Positions 57,801 through 64,000 of a stretch of DNA of 64,000 nt are shown here, piece after piece. The notes under the pieces were generated by a model. It saw nothing but the letters and a program-made list of their open reading frames with translations. It was not told where the DNA came from and searched no databases. How positions within the stretch are numbered: position 1 is the first letter of the stretch; each line of letters begins with the position of its first letter. Source of the stretch: Babesia bigemina (Eukaryota); NCBI RefSeq assembly GCF_000981445.1, contig NC_027217.1, forward strand, positions 1,054,001-1,118,000, written 5' to 3'. The position numbers were made by a program, and so were the translations under genes.

Positions 57801-60298
57801 ATACACTTCGGATCCGTACATTTGTGTGAAGAACAACATCCATTTTTTTGAATTACCGAGCCGACTTTGCACTCACAATGTTGCTTTGTGTATTTAAAAC
57901 CAAGATCTAAAGGAACGTAGTCCATCAATTTCAAGCCGAAGGCAGAAGTACGGCGGATCAAATCAGACAAGAAGGTTGCACTTTGGTCTATTTGCTCAAG
58001 AGTCGATATCGGAATTATAAGTTCATCAGTTTGGAGACATGACACAATCGAAATAGCCATGCAAAGCAGTTTATCTCCGTTAAGCAAAAGTTCAAAGTCT
58101 TCCGTTAAGAGAGTAAGCAATTCGTCCAACTGGGAACTGAAACGGTCACAGACCCACATTTTTACATTAGGCGGTTTATTGCAAGAGCAGTTGTTAGCGC
58201 ACCGCGTAAATCCAGCGAAACTTTTTGCAATCAAATAAGTTGCTCGGGTATGGCAAAGTGTAGGCAGTTTGTCCTTTAACGATTCCAAACTGAAATTTCG
58301 CATCCGCGAAGCTGTATCGCACTGTAGTTTGTGCAACTTACAAATACACCGTAAGAGTTTACTAAAGAGCTCACAGCCACATTTTCCCTCGCACTTTTTT
58401 TGAGCATCAGATTGTGTTGTTTTACCAGACGCCGCTACTGCTGTCGTTTGCGATATAACATTGTTACTTCTTCGCGTTTGCGTAGAGGCGCCACGATTTT
58501 TTGTTTCCTGGTCTGCTTCCGTATTCGCGGACTTACAGTGATCAAGAAATTTAATGAGACCGCGCTTCATTTTTTCCATATATTTGCAAAGCAATATCCA
58601 CTCATCGGCCAATTGAGCCATAAGCAAGAGCCTCAAAAAATCTGAAAAGGTGCACTCCAGTTTAAGTACTGCTTCGTGAATGTCATCCTCAGTAAGTTCG
58701 CATTCGTACTTGCAAAACAATGAAGATCTACCTATTTCATTGCGCAACTCTGTAGCGTCCTCCAAGCAACAATTCAAAGTTCCTTTCATATACTGTTTCG
58801 AACTTTGAAGAAGATACCCATCCATGTTTACACAAAAGTTGCAATCATATTTCAAATCGTCTACATTGCAGCATAGGTATTCCGTCCATTGTGACACCAA
58901 AGTATTAAAAATGCATCCTGCCATAACTTCTCTAGGCGTGTTGTGAAACGTCTTATCCAAATTCACCTGTAAATCGGCATTTTTGCTAACAAAACAGGTC
59001 AACAACCAGCACAACTCCGACTTGACTTCTAGCACAAGCTGGTACCGATCGTATAGTGTATCGGTATCACATGGGACACAATCAGAGATAACATCACAAT
59101 TGGTTTTCGGAATAGATTTCGCTCTTTTCAATTTGACAAGTGCTGACGCATATTGCAACATCATCCTGTTATCGTCGCAGTCCGCTTTATACCACTCACT
59201 CCAGTATCCGCTAGGGAGTAATATCCAGGGCTGCGCATTCCGCAGGAGCCTATTATACACAGAACCAGAGAGTGCATCATTTTCTTCCTTACCTGCACTG
59301 CTGTTGTCATTATTTGTGGCGCGTGATTCGCACGTTTTCGTGTTGCTGCATAGGGCACGCTTCAGCTCGTCGATATCGCAGACGGTGGGATCGACATAAC
59401 GTCTATAACGCAGACGAACAATAACCAAAGCCAATATGGTTTCTATCAGGAATACAGCTAGTTGTAGCGTCAATGCATTTGCATTTACGGCCAACGATGT
59501 TTTTATAGCCACGAAAGACGTAAGAATCCCGCAGAAAGGCGTAATCGCCCACCCCATGGCAGTGCAAAACAAGACGCCCCAGCATTCATAGTGGAATAAG
59601 AACGTAGCCGCTGACCCAAGGGATAATGTGATATACTCCACATCGGCGCCCTGCCACTGATAAGCCACGACGCCGCTTGTTATCAAAGCTGAGAGGAACG
59701 TCACCACACACAACGCCACAACGACGCGGTTAATCAAAAACACCATGTACTTCGCTAACGCAACGTCACTTGCGGCCGCATTCCAATTGATGTTCAAGAA
59801 GAAACGCAGAATCAGTCCCGACGTACAAGCCCCCAGTAGATACAACAGCAATCGGAACTGCGGCTTTCCACTGCCTACAGGGGCGCCCTGATCGAATACG
59901 AAGAATATCGACAGACATTGTAACACGTTAGATGCGAACGAAATGGAAAGCAGAATCCATTCTAGAAGGGGAGTGAACCTGGCTCCGCAATCCTGGTAGT
60001 AGTAAACGTAAAGGCCGACGCTCAAGAAGAGCGAAAACAGTATCCAGCTCCATTTGCACACAGTACGCCTAGATGCTGTGCCGAAAGCGAGAATGAGGAC
60101 TGTCACGAATATCCCGATGAACAGATTGAAACGCTTCACGAAATACCAAACGGCCTGCGCCTCGAAGGCGCTCACGCCCAAAAACCTGAGCAACACGTAC
60201 GCATCGAAGTTTATAAACGAGCTGAAAAGCGTGGCGCTTAGCCCGAGAAGAAAACAGCTCACTTGATACAGTGATCCAACAACGTACTTGTCGAACAT
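54896..60298 (-). CDS. Giant multi-pass membrane protein B (8+3 TM, ENT/Tpr-like) with Cys-rich and coiled-coil insertion
   Basis: Intronless 1800-aa ORF with the same architecture and colinear motifs as gene A (QPWILLPSGYW, EWILLCK, MMRADL, YNMDPY, PIDMLWEAW, GEWLRLSGV). Confidence 0.85.
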   Translation of the reverse strand: MFDKYVVGSLYQVSCFLLGLSATLFSSFINFDAYVLLRFLGVSAFEAQAVWYFVKRFNLFIGIFVTVLILAFGTASRRTVCKWSWILFSLFLSVGLYVYYYQDCGARFTPLLEWILLSISFASNVLQCLSIFFVFDQGAPVGSGKPQFRLLLYLLGACTSGLILRFFLNINWNAAASDVALAKYMVFLINRVVVALCVVTFLSALITSGVVAYQWQGADVEYITLSLGSAATFLFHYECWGVLFCTAMGWAITPFCGILTSFVAIKTSLAVNANALTLQLAVFLIETILALVIVRLRYRRYVDPTVCDIDELKRALCSNTKTCESRATNNDNSSAGKEENDALSGSVYNRLLRNAQPWILLPSGYWSEWYKADCDDNRMMLQYASALVKLKRAKSIPKTNCDVISDCVPCDTDTLYDRYQLVLEVKSELCWLLTCFVSKNADLQVNLDKTFHNTPREVMAGCIFNTLVSQWTEYLCCNVDDLKYDCNFCVNMDGYLLQSSKQYMKGTLNCCLEDATELRNEIGRSSLFCKYECELTEDDIHEAVLKLECTFSDFLRLLLMAQLADEWILLCKYMEKMKRGLIKFLDHCKSANTEADQETKNRGASTQTRRSNNVISQTTAVAASGKTTQSDAQKKCEGKCGCELFSKLLRCICKLHKLQCDTASRMRNFSLESLKDKLPTLCHTRATYLIAKSFAGFTRCANNCSCNKPPNVKMWVCDRFSSQLDELLTLLTEDFELLLNGDKLLCMAISIVSCLQTDELIIPISTLEQIDQSATFLSDLIRRTSAFGLKLMDYVPLDLGFKYTKQHCECKVGSVIQKNGCCSSHKCTDPKCICILCTRTTNADGKDDCCFSMKDCTCSTGSSVSQNVNTDECTKDCCCDNTKCHGYTCGLESCLCGNTRIEDSTVAGDTPLTDLVCGVSCLMKGLCICLGAFTKSTFCRNSRDGGTSGCNHSVISNVCSFPTFVESLTKCTSSSGVGSQSCCSAVNNDCVNNLTCDVLKSIFKATKGADVGENCNTIGDTNCIGCCLSKYSSEKIKTCTNNGCCHNIKEICGKVKETSSTMQQIHEEVSHICKSVNEIRSFALCITTTVTIIKACYNCIKKSLVRLVNCATKRGSQLQAYMESLIKMWKTNTRLLRSSSANIQRRCNVLEAKTRAYSSALDNQVNGLSRTSESMSSIGDYALDLHDRASQATQVIATTRRSLYMDSVRSFLCNLLCTEKSKNCSNTSSCIDVFECSFYGVIACAMFLHIAGIEILPAIRFLREITLYRIFLMACALMAPIMVLKGFVKISKIPQQAGYLVNATVLIGTICSILLSWFSQGYGFRSYLTNQFSVYSKTYHQMYADYVDEPLGNVSWWSDGFRGMMRADLKAVSDFCTVRGVVYNMDPYNLGFSPVFVLNREKCPDISRSWTESHVTYHIKNVVLEGPNDDYDKFFDFLALSTMSKKNWNFLTDAIRDDDASYPIDMLWEAWTTGKRVTKGHHALYKIRLRALDTVSKEIESSFRNMGKNVMLFEKSLRMYRQQVLAEVAAKCLDLPFVPEPPRFSAQHTGVVKLFEEQYKAHWEEYTAKEAENTKNKSCKKGTVSSTDTSKGEPFLTKAKKGLSQMKQNIIGSFSRLTAKNKDMSDSKHGDSEGNDITLSLMKNQCRSWAANKTALCNESYMGDDRCLNMVNVVVNRFKSFLKSREKGTVYGSASEVYEAYETFHSSRDYETTVLIFKPSSNSRRTKSCAIPNSLWRWQRGADACYLGALNSVRSLAKLEDEVQAAKSERLHHILGEWLRLSGVNINNGAVSLMSISSTV

Positions 60299-61398
60299 CT
60301 TAACAGATGTGACCTGAACTCAAATGCCTTCGAAGCTGACATTGGATATAAAAGCAGATTGCATATAACGTGGCCGTTGCTTTTGCTTCCTCAGCATCGA
60401 CAACTGCCGCGGACCGTTTTGCCACGGAAAAGCCGCTAAACAGATAAAGACAGCCTGGCGTGATTATTCCAGATTATAAATACATAAATATTAACAAACA
60501 TGACAGGTGTTTAATGTACCTTTTGTAAAATACGTGTATCAAGAGAGAACTATATGATCGACATAGTCTTCACACCTACCACCATGCCGGCGGTGTTACT
60601 GTACGTTTGAGGCTGACTGACAAAATAAACTCATGACCATCGCTTAACCAAAATTTGCAATATTCCGAAGAATAGACCAGTATATTGCGAGAGGGTCTAA
60701 CTATAGCTCTTTTAGCATCGTGGCAATGCTATAATAGCTTTGTGAAAAGTAGAGAAAGTGGTTCCAGCAAGTAAAACGCAGACAATTTGCAAGTTTTAGG
60801 AGCAAAAATAACGTGTGTGTTGCAGTAGTTGCTCCTATGGCTCCATAAGTCGTGTCAAAGCAGAACAATAAAGAAGAAAAAATATCACAAGCCGTGCAAT
60901 GCGTACGTATTTATTAGCGGGTTATGGGCACGCAAGATACAGGTCTTAGTTAAGATTTATATCGGTTTTGCTGCTTGAAACCTACAATGATGTAATACGG
61001 AAAGCGCAGTAGCGGTATAACACCGAAAAGAAGTAATCACAGTATTGATCCACATTCCACTAATTTGTATACCACCATAAACTGTTATGAAATGATGTAG
61101 TAAAGCTTCGTCGCTTAATCGAAAACAAAAGAAGAAATGGCTACGCGACACCATCCAACGGACTTCGAGAGGGCGCACGCGCGCCGATAACACTGACACC
61201 AGGGCACATCACAAAGACAATAATTTGTAATTCAAAAGGTTGCGTAAAATCGAATAGTGATGGCGTGAAATCGTCGTCATTGCTTCCTCGCCTGAGTTGG
61301 CTCATTGTCTCCCTTGTACTAAGGAGCCTCGGCAGGGTAGTCCTTCCCTCGGCCGGTCAATCAAAACAGGAGGTTAGAATCGACATCTCCATATAACA

Positions 61399-62098
61399 AT
61401 GCATCTCAATGTGATAATCTGCCGGCTACAGCCGCACGCGTCTTTGCGCGGTAAGTATATTGGCTCTGCGTGATAGGCGCTGCGTTGATTTCAGCCATTG
61501 CGTCATGTCGTGGGCGATCATTGACGTAGCAGGTACCATAATCAAGAGGACCTTCGCGACTACGCCGCCGATACATCACTTACCCCCGCCGCCGCCTCGC
61601 GAATTCAACGAAGATGGCACGCCCAAAAAGTATCGCAACTCGAAGGCCGTCTACAACCACAGGTACAACTGGGAGGCCTGGACGCTGCGCCCGGCTGGCG
61701 TTTTCCACACGGTTCTCGTCGGCGAGTTCGGCAGACAGCACAGGCCGTGGACTGCGTGGGTGCTGCAATACCCCATATATATAGTGGCCGTGCCGTCCGT
61801 GCTAGCAGTGTTCACGTTGGCATTCCTCATCCAGAACATGATGCTCATCGGGGTCAAGCCCAAGAGATACACCGTTGAATGGATAGAGGCGCAGAAGGAG
61901 AGGGAGCTGGCCGAAAACACGAATCCAATTTCAAGGTACCTCGATCGCCGACGCAGTGTAGGTTACGGTTTTAGTGTTGCTATGTTGGCGCAGGAACGTG
62001 GGCCGAACTGGATGCTGCGGAACTATATGCCTAGCCACCCCTACTTCCTGTTCCTAGGCGACTACTACAAGGACCCTGATGCCGAGGAGTCCGAATAG
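61399..62098 (+). CDS. COX4: Cytochrome c oxidase subunit 4-like (apicomplexan ApiCox23-type), 3 exons
   Basis: Spliced presequence MHLNVIICRLQPHASLR|GTIIKRTF, one TM segment (IYIVAVPSVLAVFTLAFLI), then PKRYTVEWIEAQKERELAENTNPISRY, matching the COX4/Cox5 C-terminal EW...NP motif. Confidence 0.7.
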
Positions 62099-62392
62099 CC
62101 GCCACATCGTAACACGGTGCAATAATATAATTCTCAACTGTGCATATGCTTCGGAATACGTGATGCATACGAACCCTGAATGCGTCAACTGTATGCTGTG
62201 ACGTTCATGGGATAGAGAATGGCGTTGGCGTCGCACCTAAATGGAAGGCCTACAAAATTAGATTTATCGGGGCCAACGGGCACCATTGTTCTGTAAAATG
62301 TTGTGGTGGCCACTGTGCTGTGTTGTTAGTTGGGTGAAGGGGCGACCGGTGCTGCAGTGTTGGGTCTGAAACCCTTATTATACCTAGGGATG

Positions 62393-64000
62393 TCATGAAA
62401 CGCTCAACGCATAAACTGACTTGTTGCGATTCCAGATATCCATTAGCAGGGACTGAAATGGCGGTCCAGCCAGAGTCAGATCCCGTGCAACGCAGTGGTA
62501 CTGGTATTCCGAAAACTCCTCCCACTGGGCGGCAACGCGCTTCGAAAGCATGTTCACCATCTTAAGGTTCGACAGCCCGCTTTGCTTCAGTTTACGCTGA
62601 GATTGGTTTGCGAAAATGAGTTACTGACGCAGCCTACCAGCACCCTAGACGTACGTTGAAAATCCACCGGCTCGAACATGTCTACCAGCCGGTAGATGTC
62701 TCGGCAGATAAGGTTGAAGCACTCCTGGTCCAAGGAGCTGTGCATCGACAGCACCTCCATGAGCTTAGGTGCGTCGTATTTGACGTTGCTAGGGCATTGG
62801 CGGACCACCATTGTAGATACTTCACTCATGAAGTCGCTTTTTGCGGCTATCGATGAGCAGGCTTTGAACGCAAAGACAGCCGCGTCACAAAGCTCGCGGC
62901 GTCCCATCCGATGCAGATGCCTTTTGACCTCCTCTAAGCATACACCAAATGCCTGCGAACGCTGAATCTTCGATGTCTTAAGCTCAACCTTAGACACACG
63001 GTCGGCATCCCTCGGCAGAACCAGTGACAGATGCTTGCCTATTTCAGCAACACTGTGGAGAAATTGATGCATACATCACTCATACCCACCAAGCAGGAGT
63101 ATAATTGTACGGACGACTTGCAATGTTGTCGAGAATCGATAAGAACAGGGGTATGTCGTTGATCTTTAGGCTGCAAAACGCCTTCACGATGCGCCTGTGA
63201 ACATCCGGGTTCGCAACATCGGTGGCTGTGAGGCTGGACATATTACGCCGCACCATTTGCGATACGATGTCACAAATCTGGCTGTCGCGATATTTCGAAA
63301 CTGCGAAGGCTTCCACTAAGAAAATGTTTCTCGTCAGAAACAAAACGAACCTAGCTGAAGCAAATCAGCAAGCGAAGGCCTCTGCGCATGTACTGTCACC
63401 TCCTGCTGAAGGCTAAACAGGCAATGCCTGCTCGGCGCCGATACGAGGTCGCGATGTGAATTCATGACGTGGAGAGCAGGAGAAAACCTCTTCTGCACCT
63501 CCTGCGATATAGATGCAAGCAACCTGTAGTTGTAGATGGCGCATCTTCCAAAAGCCTGAGACGATTAGTTTCCGTGATAATAGCATTCTACATCATTGAA
63601 ATGCCGCAGAAGATCATATTTGTATAAATGCATTAATATGCCATAGCGAATGTTCCACCAAAGTACGATGACAAACAGAATCGAAAGTAAGTTTGACCCA
63701 ATTGACTCAACCTACCATAGCGACAGTGGCAAGTTCGCCATTCGACGCATGCTGTATGTTGTTTTCCAGACGCCTCGCTATCAATGAGAAAAGGTGCTTC
63801 GAGGAGAGCCGGCAGCTTCCGAAAGCGCCCGCTATCTGGGCCAGCTGTGGGGGCGAATAACGATCTATATTTTCCGACAGCACAATAGACAGTTTGTCTA
63901 GAATCGGTACAGCTCTCAAAGACCCCAAGTAGTGACATATCCCCGGCAGGTCTGAGACATATATCAGCGAAGGTGAGAAAGGTACCTATGAAATACTTGC
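62393..64000 (-). CDS. Heptatricopeptide-repeat (HPR)-like helical repeat protein, 3' part; runs off the right edge
   Basis: ~37-aa repeats of the type IDRYSPPQLAQIAGAFGSCRLSSKHLFSLIARRL and MSSLTATDVAN...IVKAFCSLKINDIPLF. Several short introns; stop at 62393-62395. Confidence 0.7.

Overview
Gene-dense eukaryotic DNA with many very short (about 33-40 nt) GT-AG introns. The gene content (CPW-WPC protein, TPR-formin, apicomplexan COX4-like subunit, helical-repeat proteins) points to a piroplasmid apicomplexan, most likely a Babesia species; this is an inference. By joining exons by eye I reconstructed about 28 protein-coding genes. They include MAF1, a prohibitin-like SPFH protein, a small CDGSH Fe-S protein, Sec14/CRAL-TRIO, LETM1, MEMO1, a large acidic repeat protein, a CDK11/CRK1-like kinase, an MTM1-like mitochondrial carrier, a BTB protein, a TRAIP-like RING ligase, a NELF-C/D (TH1) homologue, formin 1, CPW-WPC, SGT1, an RRM-less CstF-64-like protein, M17 leucyl aminopeptidase, DBP2/DDX5, a stand-alone SPOC protein, HEMK2/N6AMT1, a COX4-like subunit and two helical-repeat proteins. 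Main highlights: (1) a tandem pair of intronless ~1800-aa proteins that look like 11-TM ENT/Tpr-type transporters split by a huge Cys-rich, coiled-coil insertion, lying in an AT-richer island; (2) an intron-hidden NELF-C/D pausing-factor homologue; (3) an in-frame TAA inside SGT1; (4) extreme gene packing, with convergent stop codons 1 nt apart and a 31-nt tandem gap. No rRNA, tRNA, CRISPR array or mobile element was recognised. All homology calls come from recalled motifs, not from database searches, and exon boundaries are by eye.
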